DNA from: an uncultured virus (IMG/VR IMGVR_UViG_3300020179_000022)
Taxonomy: Duplodnaviria; Heunggongvirae; Uroviricota; Caudoviricetes
Length of the DNA: 20,000 nt
IMG/VR virus record: IMGVR_UViG_3300020179_000022
Reading direction: 5' to 3' (one strand)
The notes under the pieces were generated by a model. That model did no database searches and was not told the DNA's origin. It saw only the letters and a list, made by a program, of their open reading frames with translations. The translations under genes were made by a program, and so were the position numbers. Position 1 is the first letter of the stretch, and each line of letters starts with the position of its first letter. Shown one piece after another: positions 1 through 8,734 of the stretch.

Positions 1-33
1 TTTATTGCATATTTTGCATTTTGATTTAGGCAT
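1..33 (-). CDS. 5' start of a gene running off the window edge (MPKSKCKICNK..., CxxC-containing protein)
   Basis: ATG at 33..31 lies 2 nt after the recA stop; the frame is open to the edge and encodes CKIC. Not in the ORF track; translated by hand. Confidence 0.6.
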   Translation of the reverse strand, partial: MPKSKCKICNK

Positions 34-35
34 TT

Positions 36-1061
36 TTATAATCCATCGTCTTCAGGTACCAACTCTACATTCTTAATACGATTAATAATTGTTTGCTTGA
101 TGTCTTCTTCTAGCTCTGGATTGTCTTCTAGTAGCTTTTGAAATCCATCATATTGATACTTCTCTTCTTTGTATGTAACTGTAGAGCCATACTTTCTAAG
201 AACACTATACTCAGTACCAAGTTCCATAAGCTCTGCGAACTTGTCAATACCCTGACCATACACAATATCAAAGGTAGTTCCTCTATATGGAGGAGACATT
301 TTGTTCTTTACAGCCTTCACCTTAGTGATGTTGCCATAAGTTACATCTCCCTCTTTTGCTAGAGATCTGCTCACTTCGATCCTACAATCTGAATAAAACT
401 TCAGCGCATGACCACCTTGCGTAGTAGTTGGATTACCAAACATAACACCAATCTTCTCACGATATTGAGAGATGACAATCACACAGACATTGTGTGTAGA
501 TAGAGCAGTCTTTAGTTTTGGATATGCATTACTGTTCAACACAGCCTTCTTACCAATAGCACTATCTCCTACATCACCATCTAACACCTTCTTAGGAATC
601 AATGAACTATCGCTGTCGATGATTACAAGATCTAGCTCTCCAGTGTTGATTAAGTCCATTGCAATTTGAAAACCCTCCTCACCGCAGCTTGGTTGAGCAA
701 TCAACATCTCATCAGTGTTTACACCCAGAGCTTCAAAATAGATTTTGTCAACAGCATGCTCGCCATCGATGTACAACACTCTACCACCCTTTGCTTGACA
801 TTCTGCTACAGTGTGACCACAGATGGTTGATTTACCTGTACCCTCCCACCCCATAAGCTCATAAAGTTTCCCTTTAACAAAACCTCCTACACCTAGAGTG
901 ATGTGATCAAACCCAAGAGAACCTGTGCTAATTAGGTCATAGGAGTTTTGATTCTTAGAATTCAGTGTTAGCACACTTCCTACACCATACGCTTTGTTCA
1001 GCTTGTCCAGAGCTGCTTGGAACTTACTTTGTTCCTCTTGATTTTCTTTCTTTTTTGCCAT
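36..1061 (-). CDS. recA: RecA recombinase (phage-encoded, bacterial-type)
   Basis: Motifs ISTGSLGFD, Walker A [16 protein letters not shown], Walker B [32 protein letters not shown] and KNKMSPPY. Start placed at ATG 1061 (MAKKK) because the 1115 TTG coincides with the putative promoter. Confidence 0.96.
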   Translation of the reverse strand: [341 protein letters not shown]

Positions 1062-1084
1062 TATTGAATTGAATTTAGATGTAA

Positions 1085-1115
1085 CGAATTTAATTAATTT
1101 TTTTAACATTTTCAA
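1085..1115 (-). promoter_or_regulatory. Putative Bacteroidota sigma-A type promoter for recA
   Basis: Minus strand TTG-N20-TAAATTCG resembles the -33 TTG / -7 TAnnTTTG consensus with one mismatch. It sits between a terminator and the recA ATG. Confidence 0.55.
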
Positions 1116-1117
1116 TT

Positions 1118-1148
1118 AAAAACCCCACAACAAAGTCGCGGGGTTTTT
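1118..1148 (-). terminator. Rho-independent terminator
   Basis: Minus strand CCCCGCGAC-TTT-GTTGTGGGG-TTTTT. The stem closes fully with two G-U pairs only on the minus strand. Confidence 0.85.
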
Positions 1149-1171
1149 CACTCAAAACACACTAACATTAA

Positions 1172-1417
1172 CTAATCGAATTTCCAAGGATAAGAGTGAA
1201 GTCTATAGTATTCAACATTTGCATACGCTGATCTGTATGGCTCACTAATTCTCACTGGATTTGCCAGCTCCTCTGGTGTATACACACTATTTCCAGGGAA
1301 CGATCCACATGTTACTAATATACTATTACCCTCATTTATAGCATTCTTAACTACATAATCTCTAATGTCAATGTTTCCTCTAAAGTCTTTTTTACAGTGA
1401 ATTTTTATTGTTTTCAT
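1172..1417 (-). CDS. hypothetical phage protein (81 aa)
   Basis: ATG start, overlaps the upstream gene and ends just before the terminator; no motif recognised. Confidence 0.75.
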   Translation of the reverse strand: MKTIKIHCKKDFRGNIDIRDYVVKNAINEGNSILVTCGSFPGNSVYTPEELANPVRISEPYRSAYANVEYYRLHSYPWKFD

Positions 1418-1616
1418 TTTGCTTTGTTATTTGTAATGTAGCGTTTTTATAAATTCTAATTTGATCTGACATGTAGTGTCTGACATGTCCTCCATCACAG
1501 AGCACAACACACCATATATCGTTTTCAAATGCTCCACTGTCTCTTACATAGAGAGCATACCCATCCTTGCCATTTTCTACAACAACAGGGATGGGATTTG
1601 CAAACTCATGTATCAA
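1392..1616 (-). CDS. hypothetical phage protein (74 aa, predicted small beta-rich domain)
   Basis: TTG start overlaps the upstream TGA stop (TTGA coupling) and fills the gap in the operon. Confidence 0.7.
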   Translation of the reverse strand: MIHEFANPIPVVVENGKDGYALYVRDSGAFENDIWCVVLCDGGHVRHYMSDQIRIYKNATLQITKQNENNKNSL

Positions 1617-2002
1617 TTTAACATCTGAAAAGCTCTCTCTATAGCAGCTCTTTCGCAGGGTATTCTTTCTTTGAAGAACTCTGCAAACATTTCTCCATTT
1701 ATCTTGTAATAGAATAAATAAGAATCAGGAGCTATATCTCCACCTATATCCCCAGCTATATCTCTTAACACCTCAATGAATATTCTATTATTATCAAGAA
1801 CATCAAAGAAGTTTCTAGGGCTCTGATCAAGCATGATTGCTAGAGTGATGTCAGACACTCCTCTAGACAACATATGCTTCTTGAAGTCCTCTGGAGCATT
1901 GTCTTGCTCAAAGCTTTCAATCATCTTTTTCAAGAACCAATCTCTTACAGTTTCTGTAGCAAGAGGGTAATCATTTAATATTTCAATTGCTAATTTCGAC
2001 AT
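1613..2002 (-). CDS. hypothetical phage protein (129 aa)
   Basis: ATG start overlapping the upstream gene, co-oriented; no motif recognised. Confidence 0.8.
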   Translation of the reverse strand: MSKLAIEILNDYPLATETVRDWFLKKMIESFEQDNAPEDFKKHMLSRGVSDITLAIMLDQSPRNFFDVLDNNRIFIEVLRDIAGDIGGDIAPDSYLFYYKINGEMFAEFFKERIPCERAAIERAFQMLN

Positions 2003-2546
2003 GTTGTTTTATGTTATTAATGTTTAATGTTTCTCTTTCTTCGTGGAATCCTTCCCAAACCTCCTGATCACTAGAGAATGTTACGCCTAATTTATCTTCC
2101 CAAAAGTTGATTAGATCCTGAGTTTTATTGAATATTCTATATTGCAGAGAAACTTCATCTCTGTATTTACCATTCTTCATGATCTTCACAACCTTTGGGA
2201 ATAAATTTTGAAAGTCTTTGCTGGTCTTGGAATACAATCCTTGTCTAACAAGTTGATAATCCTTCTTAAACTTTACATCTAGTTTGTACACCATCACTAC
2301 ATAACCACCTTCATAATCATAATCTTCTATAATAGATTTAGTTCTTTCATATTCAGAGTCTATGAAATCTCTAAACAAATCCATATCGTGAGGTTTAAAA
2401 AGCAAATACACACAATCTTCATAAGTGCAGTCGTGATCAACGTCTCTTATGAAACCATTAATGAAACCCACCCTGTCTAGTCTTTCAATACCTATACCAA
2501 GTGGTTTCACCATAAATAGCGCAGTGATGCTTCTTGTTAACTTCAT
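1983..2546 (-). CDS. hypothetical protein (187 aa) coupled to the exonuclease gene
   Basis: TAATG stop/start overlap with the PD-(D/E)xK gene at 2546. Confidence 0.85.
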   Translation of the reverse strand: MKLTRSITALFMVKPLGIGIERLDRVGFINGFIRDVDHDCTYEDCVYLLFKPHDMDLFRDFIDSEYERTKSIIEDYDYEGGYVVMVYKLDVKFKKDYQLVRQGLYSKTSKDFQNLFPKVVKIMKNGKYRDEVSLQYRIFNKTQDLINFWEDKLGVTFSSDQEVWEGFHEERETLNINNIKQHVEISN

Positions 2547-3598
2547 TAATTTTTAATGTTTACAATTCCTCCATTTTCAAAGTTTTTTCTTGACATGTTC
2601 CAAACACCATTGTAAAGTGCCCAATCAAGATCCTCAATTAACTCTTTTACACCTGAGTATCTTCTACTCTTGTGTTCGAATCCAACATAACAATCGTTGA
2701 TGTCTTCTTCTGCGAGTGTGTAGATGAGAGGATTATAGTAGTTGGTGCTATCACAAACAATAAATGCTGGATACTTTGCAGAATAACCAAACCACTCTGA
2801 CTTTTGATCAGTGACTAGATGAACAGTTGCTCGATAGTAAAGATATGCTTGAATATACGCACGTCTGTACAAATAATATTCATCATAGAAGTTTTCTACA
2901 CTCCATGTACATTTTAAGTCGTACACCTGCGCTGTCCTTTCATGATGATCAAAGATCAATTTATCAAACATGCTCTTAAATGTGTGACCATCTACAACAT
3001 AAGAGTCTATCTGATACTGATTTAGCACTGTATATCTTGGGCTACTCACTAGATTTACAAGATCTCTTGTGACAATGTTGTTTCTCAATTCTGTCACAAT
3101 TTTCTCAGCATTTGTGACATCATTACTATTAATCACTGTCAGGTTTTGAGACCTCACCTTTCTGATTTCATTGTAATATATTTCAGCATCAGTGCCAACA
3201 AACTTACTAATCACCTGCTCAATCTTAATCTTGAATCCAGAAGCTAAATAAGCATCTTTAGTGAGCTCATCAAAGGTTCTTGTCACTACACCAAAATCAT
3301 CTGTTGCTTCCTTTGTCACCTTGTAAAGAGCTTCTACAAAGTCTAGCATAAGTCCTGTTGGTGTGTTTGCACAAGCAGACATATAGAACCTATTGTCAAA
3401 CTCTTCAGGCTCAAGAAGAAGCGTTTCAACAATTCTGCCAATAGTGATAGCTTGATTGTCTTTGTCTTCTACATTTTCTCCTAGTATATACTTTTTGTAA
3501 TACTTCTTTCTATCCATTGAAAAATCTTTCAATGAACTAGAGCTATCTGTTTGAATAGCTCTGTAATTAGCTTCTGTTTTACTTTGTCCCTGTATCAT
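2546..3598 (-). CDS. PD-(D/E)xK exonuclease, RecE/ExoVIII (DUF3799)-like
   Basis: N-terminal SSSSLKDF and GRIVETLLLEPEEF; catalytic-type KSMFDKL...VYDLKCT; YIQAYLY motif. Confidence 0.85.
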   Translation of the reverse strand: MIQGQSKTEANYRAIQTDSSSSLKDFSMDRKKYYKKYILGENVEDKDNQAITIGRIVETLLLEPEEFDNRFYMSACANTPTGLMLDFVEALYKVTKEATDDFGVVTRTFDELTKDAYLASGFKIKIEQVISKFVGTDAEIYYNEIRKVRSQNLTVINSNDVTNAEKIVTELRNNIVTRDLVNLVSSPRYTVLNQYQIDSYVVDGHTFKSMFDKLIFDHHERTAQVYDLKCTWSVENFYDEYYLYRRAYIQAYLYYRATVHLVTDQKSEWFGYSAKYPAFIVCDSTNYYNPLIYTLAEEDINDCYVGFEHKSRRYSGVKELIEDLDWALYNGVWNMSRKNFENGGIVNIKN

Positions 3599-3818
3599 TT
3601 AGTGTTTGTTTGAATGCGTTAATAATAAGAGGATACATAGTCCTCACTTCTCTAGGAACTCTTTGGAAAAACCATCTCACTTCTAGCTCATATTCATTTC
3701 CATTTACATCCACTCCCTGTGGATAAATGAGCCAGAACCTGTGTATCTCTCCCTCATATTCCACATGACCCTCGTGCCATATTTCTGTAAATGATGGCTG
3801 CTTGTTGATTGAAATCAT
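3579..3818 (-). CDS. hypothetical phage protein (79 aa)
   Basis: ATG downstream of a terminator; overlaps the exonuclease start. Confidence 0.75.
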   Translation of the reverse strand: MISINKQPSFTEIWHEGHVEYEGEIHRFWLIYPQGVDVNGNEYELEVRWFFQRVPREVRTMYPLIINAFKQTLNDTGTK

Positions 3819-3849
3819 AAAATAACAATTTTAGTTAGTAATTGCAAAT

Positions 3850-3881
3850 AAAAAAACCTTCCCCCATTGAGGGAAGGCTTT
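3850..3881 (-). terminator. Rho-independent terminator
   Basis: Minus strand GCCTTCCCTCAATGGGGGAAGG-TTTTTTT downstream of the HNH gene. Confidence 0.85.
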
Positions 3882-3906
3882 ATCAAATTTAACCCAAATC
3901 TATTTA

Positions 3907-4308
3907 CTATTTACTCAATTGTTTTATATCATCCACTGTCTTCTCATCATGACAGTCCTTGCAGAGCACTTGCAAATTCTCCACTTCACAGAACAGTCTT
4001 TCAACAAATCCTGGAAGATCAGATGCTCTCTGCAAATTTCCAGCAGGAATAATATGATCAACATTTATAGATGTTGCAGGAAACCATTCCTTACAGCAGT
4101 TGCATTGATATTCATACTTCTGTCTCTTGTTTGGTCCATTATAGCGTCTCTTTGCGTTTTCTTTGCAGAGTGTAATAGGTTTCCACCATCTAGACTTTTG
4201 TCTCAATCCACTTCGTATGAATGACCAGAAACCACTTTCTGTCATAGTACCAGCATTTCTAGGCTTAGGTTTTAGACTAGCTCGCTTTTTGACTGGTTTT
4301 TTCTTCAT
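3907..4308 (-). CDS. HNH endonuclease (zinc-binding)
   Basis: YQCNCCKEWF...VDHIIPAG...NLQVLCKDCHDEKT. Start placed at ATG 4308 (MKKKPVKKR) instead of the track's 4356. Confidence 0.88.
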   Translation of the reverse strand: MKKKPVKKRASLKPKPRNAGTMTESGFWSFIRSGLRQKSRWWKPITLCKENAKRRYNGPNKRQKYEYQCNCCKEWFPATSINVDHIIPAGNLQRASDLPGFVERLFCEVENLQVLCKDCHDEKTVDDIKQLSK

Positions 4309-4900
4309 CTTTTTTAATCCTTTTCCAACACACCCACAGAGTTGATTGCAATTCATGTGGGATAATATCGAGTTCGTTGGCTAATATAATAGTATTTTTC
4401 TTTATGAACTCATATTGTTTTGTTGTACACACCTGAGCATCCCATCCAAGTGATAGATAAATGTGATGTCTGTCCACTGTAACATGGTCTTTAGAAGAAG
4501 GATTGTAAATATTATTGAAGAAATTAACAGTTTTTAATCCACCAAGAGAAATCTCAACATCCTTCTTTGTAGAAGCATAATTAAGAATCTTCCTAGCCTT
4601 AGAAGCTTGTGCAGACGTATGTCTACACATCATCCCTTTTGTTCTAATAAACTCTTCAGCCATTGCTTTGTTGAGTGTCCATTCTTTAAGAGGTGACAGA
4701 GCTGAAATTATACCAGCTGTCTTCATCTCTGACAATCCATACTTCTCAGACAGGGCTAAAGAAAAAAAGTTGGCACGATTGTACCAACCTTTCCCATACA
4801 TAAAGTCATCATCTATACACTTGTTGTAAACATTCTGCATGTTTTCAACTATTCTCTCAGGATGATTATACAACTTCTTTAACTCTATTGTCCAGCTCAT
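4277..4900 (-). CDS. helix-hairpin-helix DNA glycosylase-like phage protein (resembles DUF7178)
   Basis: GWY...ISALSP...W..N, HhH-like LGGLKTVNF, VTVDRH (compare VDTH of Nth) and LQSTLWVCWK. Start uncertain (4900, TTG 4873 or ATG 4840). Confidence 0.6.
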   Translation of the reverse strand: MSWTIELKKLYNHPERIVENMQNVYNKCIDDDFMYGKGWYNRANFFSLALSEKYGLSEMKTAGIISALSPLKEWTLNKAMAEEFIRTKGMMCRHTSAQASKARKILNYASTKKDVEISLGGLKTVNFFNNIYNPSSKDHVTVDRHHIYLSLGWDAQVCTTKQYEFIKKNTIILANELDIIPHELQSTLWVCWKRIKKDEEKTSQKAS

Positions 4901-6344
4901 TTCTCATCTTGTTTAGGGAATTGACAATTCTTCCAATTTCATTAGATGAAATAGAAGGAAGATTAAATTCATACTTCTTAACTTCTTGAGCAAATGCTTT
5001 CTCGGCTCTTTCAGCTAGAGATTCTAGTTCATTCTCTACATAGAAATCATCCAGATCAATCGTGTCAAAGTCCAAGTCATGAAGAATTCTTGTGGCATCT
5101 TCTCTGGGGACAGTGGAGATTGGTAAATACTCATAGCATCTACCCTTGTGCTCACCAATACCAACAACCTTCATTGGGTTGATGAGCATCAATACAGACT
5201 GATCACCACACCCTACATAATGAATCTGATCAGCAGTGAAATGCAAACCAGCAGCAGCGCAGTCCTGTGTAGACCAATTACACTTATCCATAGGCATGCT
5301 CACCACTTGACCAATACGAATGTCAAATGTCTTGGTCCAATCATCTGTAAATCTATTCTCTGCTCTGTTTGGAAGATCTAGATAGAGATCTGTAAGAGTG
5401 CCTAGGTCCTCTCCCTCATAGTTTTTACTATTTCGACTAACTATACCATTCTCATCACAATCCCAGCAGCATGTCCATCTTTCATCCTCATCATCCCATA
5501 CATCTCCTGTACCATCACAACCATCACATTTTTCTTCTTGATTGATGAACATCTTATCATAGTGCATGAATGTATAACTTCCATCAGGACGAAGAATCAC
5601 ATGATAATCATTAGGACTTTTCTTCCATACAGCTTTGATGTTTGTGTAGGTTTCGCTAACAAAACGAACAAGCTCATTTGATCCATGTAGAGTGACAACA
5701 TTTCGTAGAGCTACGAAGAATCCTTGCTTGGTTATTCTGAAGCTATTCTCTACAAGAAATCTATACAACTCATCAGCCACTTCAGCACGAGGATTCAAGC
5801 AGCACCACATGAAGAATCTCTTCAATGACAAATACTGCTCATCCTGGTAAACATCATCATGCACTTCATCCCCTGTTCTATACAGAGAAATTACATCAAT
5901 AAACTTTTCTACAAGAAGCTGAGGAATAGTTCTGTTAATACCTTTCAGTTTTACAGTTCCATTTTTAACATCAAAGTCTTGCATTGATCCTAACACATCT
6001 AGATTGTTAGAGATGTTCTCATAAACTTTCTGTTGTCTCACTTCTTTCAACATGCTTTCATTAACAAGTTTGGCTTTGAACAAAACAATGATCTCTGCCT
6101 CACTTCTAGCATTCTTTACGTTATCGAAATCATCAATGGTTGATGATGGTCTGGATAACACTTCTCCATTCTTCAAAACAACTGTGAGCACATCGTTCAC
6201 AAGTTTAAGTTTATCATATGGTTTTTCAGAAGTTTGTAGCTCTCTTCTCAGTAAGCTATTCTTTAGTGCTTGTTCTTCAATCTTTAGATTATCAAGCATT
6301 CTTTTTGCGTTGGACTTGAACCAATCGAGTGTGAAAATTGACAT
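4866..6344 (-). CDS. rIIB: rIIB-like protein with zinc-finger insertion
   Basis: Directly follows rIIA. Motifs LNP...ELYRFL...ITKQGFFVALRNV, IGQVVSMP...C...CAAAGLH and INPMKVV...KGRCYEY match the rIIB pattern. Confidence 0.85.
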   Translation of the reverse strand: MSIFTLDWFKSNAKRMLDNLKIEEQALKNSLLRRELQTSEKPYDKLKLVNDVLTVVLKNGEVLSRPSSTIDDFDNVKNARSEAEIIVLFKAKLVNESMLKEVRQQKVYENISNNLDVLGSMQDFDVKNGTVKLKGINRTIPQLLVEKFIDVISLYRTGDEVHDDVYQDEQYLSLKRFFMWCCLNPRAEVADELYRFLVENSFRITKQGFFVALRNVVTLHGSNELVRFVSETYTNIKAVWKKSPNDYHVILRPDGSYTFMHYDKMFINQEEKCDGCDGTGDVWDDEDERWTCCWDCDENGIVSRNSKNYEGEDLGTLTDLYLDLPNRAENRFTDDWTKTFDIRIGQVVSMPMDKCNWSTQDCAAAGLHFTADQIHYVGCGDQSVLMLINPMKVVGIGEHKGRCYEYLPISTVPREDATRILHDLDFDTIDLDDFYVENELESLAERAEKAFAQEVKKYEFNLPSISSNEIGRIVNSLNKMRNELDNRVKEVV

Positions 6345-6376
6345 AGTTTTTGTTTTAAATTATTTGGTTTTAAATG

Positions 6377-6402
6377 AAAAAGGGAGGATTTAGTCCTCCC
6401 TT
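6377..6402 (-). terminator. Rho-independent terminator/hairpin between rIIA and rIIB
   Basis: Minus strand AAGGGAGGA-CTAAA-TCCTCCCTT-TTT, a perfect 9-bp stem 3 nt after the rIIA stop. Confidence 0.8.
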
Positions 6403-6405
6403 AAT

Positions 6406-8730
6406 TTACTGATTTTCAAGTGATTCTAATAATTTTTCCTCCACTTTTTCTTCAAGCTTTGGTTTAGAATAATGTTCAGGATTAACCTTCATCTTGTGAT
6501 ATTTCATTAGATCCACTATAACTCTAGTTTGTTCTGGTGCACAACCATAGAAAGTATAACTTCTTATCATAGAGAATACAGTGTTCAAGAAATATGCTTT
6601 CTCAAGAATAGCTTTAACACTTACATATTCTGAATAGATGGAGTGATCAAACAAGTTATTTTGTTTAGCCACTTCAACCATAGCTTGATATACAAGCTTA
6701 TCGCTATTTGAAATGTAGTTTTTCTCTTTATAGTCTTGCAGCACTTCCAATCTATTAGCTATTTCTTCAGATATCTCTTTAAGAGTTGTTAACCTACCAA
6801 ACAATTGGTGATTTTTCATGTACAATTCATTGATCAGATATGCTGTGACAATACGTCTAAATGGTTTGTTATCACCTTCCATAAATTTTGAATAAGACAT
6901 TACATTTTTAAACTCTAGTTCTTCCAGCACTTTCATCTCTCTTGCTGAAAGCGTAATCACTTGAAGCTTCTGCTTACTATTAGCAGCAGCATATATGTGA
7001 TCAAGCTTTGCAGCATCTTCATGTGCACCATAAACTAACAGAGTTCCCATTTTGGGAATGTCTTTCAATTTCCATGTGTCTGTAACAAACTTGCAGTGTT
7101 TACCATCAACATATCTTTCCAAAGGAGCAGCCTTCTTAACGATGATGTCACCATCCATCTTCTCACGTCTAGTTGCAGTCACTCTACTAGAGGTCTGTTT
7201 TCTAGTTTGAAGAAAACTATCTGGAACAACTATAGCATCCAAGTCAATAAAGTTAGAAGTGATGCTATCGATGATCTTTTGAAACTCTACAATAGCCTCT
7301 CTCCAATGTTCTCTTTTAATAGTTCTTAGATTGAGAATCTTGTAGTAGTTATCATAAGCACCCATATTGCCAGCTTTTGGAAACAACTTGAAAGACGTGC
7401 TTTTTCTGATGAAATAATACGTACGACCCCAGTTACTTGACAGAGCTGTTCTTAGATAAGCTTTCTTAGTTTCTGACAGCTTTGATGAATATAAATAAGC
7501 ATTTTTATTGTCATCCAGATTAATGCTCGTTAGGTGTACATCAGCATCCCAGCTACGCTTTGTTTCTCTAAACTTACCTCTGCTGAAGGTTTGCGTCACC
7601 TTGTACTCTTTTAGTATGTAGTCATCATTCTTAACAAGCTTCTCAAGATCTAGATGTTTGACTCCTTCCATCTTAGGCTTGTTGATTACGATTTTACTAA
7701 ACACAGAAAGATATCCAGCGTTCAACTTTATTCCAGGAATAACTTCAACAGTTCTTTTGGAAGAGTTGTAATACTCTTTCAATTGCTGATAAGTTTGACA
7801 AGCAGTCATCTGCTCATTGTACTTATTGACAAAGAAGTCTGCCATTTGTGAAAGTCTATCCATGATGATCTGCTTAGCTTCCTGCGTATATCTGATTGCT
7901 TCTCTGTTTGGTGTAGGAAATATCCCATCTGTCAAACTAAATCTCAACGCTACAGGAAACTCTAGCTTAGGAATCTCTAGCTTACTAAAGTCTAATGGAT
8001 AGTAAACGTTATCTAAGCAGATGTGTAGATAATCATCACTTGCTAGTTCAGAATGCTGAAAGTGCTCACTACGATAGATTGTAAATGTGTTATCAATGAC
8101 ATAATTACTTACATTGACATCAAAATACACATCTTCAAAGTATGCAAGTTGCTCTTTCATCTTTCTGAAGAACTGGTCTCTATCACTCCATCTCACTGGA
8201 ACAATCACTTTTACACCATTTCTTTCAGCTGTAGGTCTTTCATACAGACGATCGATAGTGTTTGTATCCTCGCCTTCGTACATCATATACTTACGCTCCA
8301 TCCCATCCTTTCTACAGATGAAATAGAAACTAGATGAATAAGCAAGAGGGGCCTTGAAGCCAAGACCCATCATACCTAATTCTGTATCAGAGTTACGCTT
8401 TGTACTCTTACCATACTTACTAATGATGTTCTTTACATCATCATCATTTAGACCAATACCAAAGTCTTCTACAGAGAAGTCATAGTTTTGGCTGCTGTTC
8501 ATTCTGAGACTAACAACAATTGGATCTTTCACTCCAGCTCGTCTGTGGCTATCTAGTGCATTACTAGCGCACTCTCTGATAGTTGAGCCTATTGAATCTG
8601 AATAGAGATTCTTACTTAACATCTGCATCAAAATTTGAGCAGAATCCAAGTCTAGTGACATTCCAATTGATTCATTCATTTCGTCACCATCAGTGACAAT
8701 CATTGCTTCTTTTTGTTTTTCTAAGATCAT
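6406..8730 (-). CDS. rIIA: rIIA-like protein (N-terminal GHKL/HATPase_c ATPase)
   Basis: LSKNLYSD...IRECASNALDSH, VEDFGIGL, STKRNSD..GMMGLGFKAPLAYS, NGVKVIVPV and PTPNREAI. ATG 8730 is preferred over GTG 8751. Confidence 0.9.
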   Translation of the reverse strand: MILEKQKEAMIVTDGDEMNESIGMSLDLDSAQILMQMLSKNLYSDSIGSTIRECASNALDSHRRAGVKDPIVVSLRMNSSQNYDFSVEDFGIGLNDDDVKNIISKYGKSTKRNSDTELGMMGLGFKAPLAYSSSFYFICRKDGMERKYMMYEGEDTNTIDRLYERPTAERNGVKVIVPVRWSDRDQFFRKMKEQLAYFEDVYFDVNVSNYVIDNTFTIYRSEHFQHSELASDDYLHICLDNVYYPLDFSKLEIPKLEFPVALRFSLTDGIFPTPNREAIRYTQEAKQIIMDRLSQMADFFVNKYNEQMTACQTYQQLKEYYNSSKRTVEVIPGIKLNAGYLSVFSKIVINKPKMEGVKHLDLEKLVKNDDYILKEYKVTQTFSRGKFRETKRSWDADVHLTSINLDDNKNAYLYSSKLSETKKAYLRTALSSNWGRTYYFIRKSTSFKLFPKAGNMGAYDNYYKILNLRTIKREHWREAIVEFQKIIDSITSNFIDLDAIVVPDSFLQTRKQTSSRVTATRREKMDGDIIVKKAAPLERYVDGKHCKFVTDTWKLKDIPKMGTLLVYGAHEDAAKLDHIYAAANSKQKLQVITLSAREMKVLEELEFKNVMSYSKFMEGDNKPFRRIVTAYLINELYMKNHQLFGRLTTLKEISEEIANRLEVLQDYKEKNYISNSDKLVYQAMVEVAKQNNLFDHSIYSEYVSVKAILEKAYFLNTVFSMIRSYTFYGCAPEQTRVIVDLMKYHKMKVNPEHYSKPKLEEKVEEKLLESLENQ

Positions 8731-8734
8731 TGCT

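Noticed and set aside
3816..3849. TTTG...TATTTTAT as a promoter after the terminator
   Set aside because: The match to TAnnTTTG is poor and the box runs into the ATG, so a transcription start would fall inside the gene.
3907..4308. HNH gene as a mobile homing endonuclease or intron ORF
   Set aside because: It does not interrupt a gene, has no flanking RNA structure other than a terminator, and is overlap-coupled in the operon. A free-standing homing role cannot be excluded.
5451..5530. Short repeats (ccatcacaaccatcaca, tcatcctcatcatc) as a repeat array or DGR variable region
   Set aside because: They are explained by the Cys-Asp-Gly and Asp/Glu codons of the zinc finger; no template repeat or reverse transcriptase was seen.
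6406..8730. GHKL ATPase as Hsp90, MutL, gyrase B or a MORC-type defence ATPase
   Set aside because: The LYSD...IRE..SNA.DSH and STKR.S motifs, the size and the adjacent rIIB-like gene fit rIIA better.
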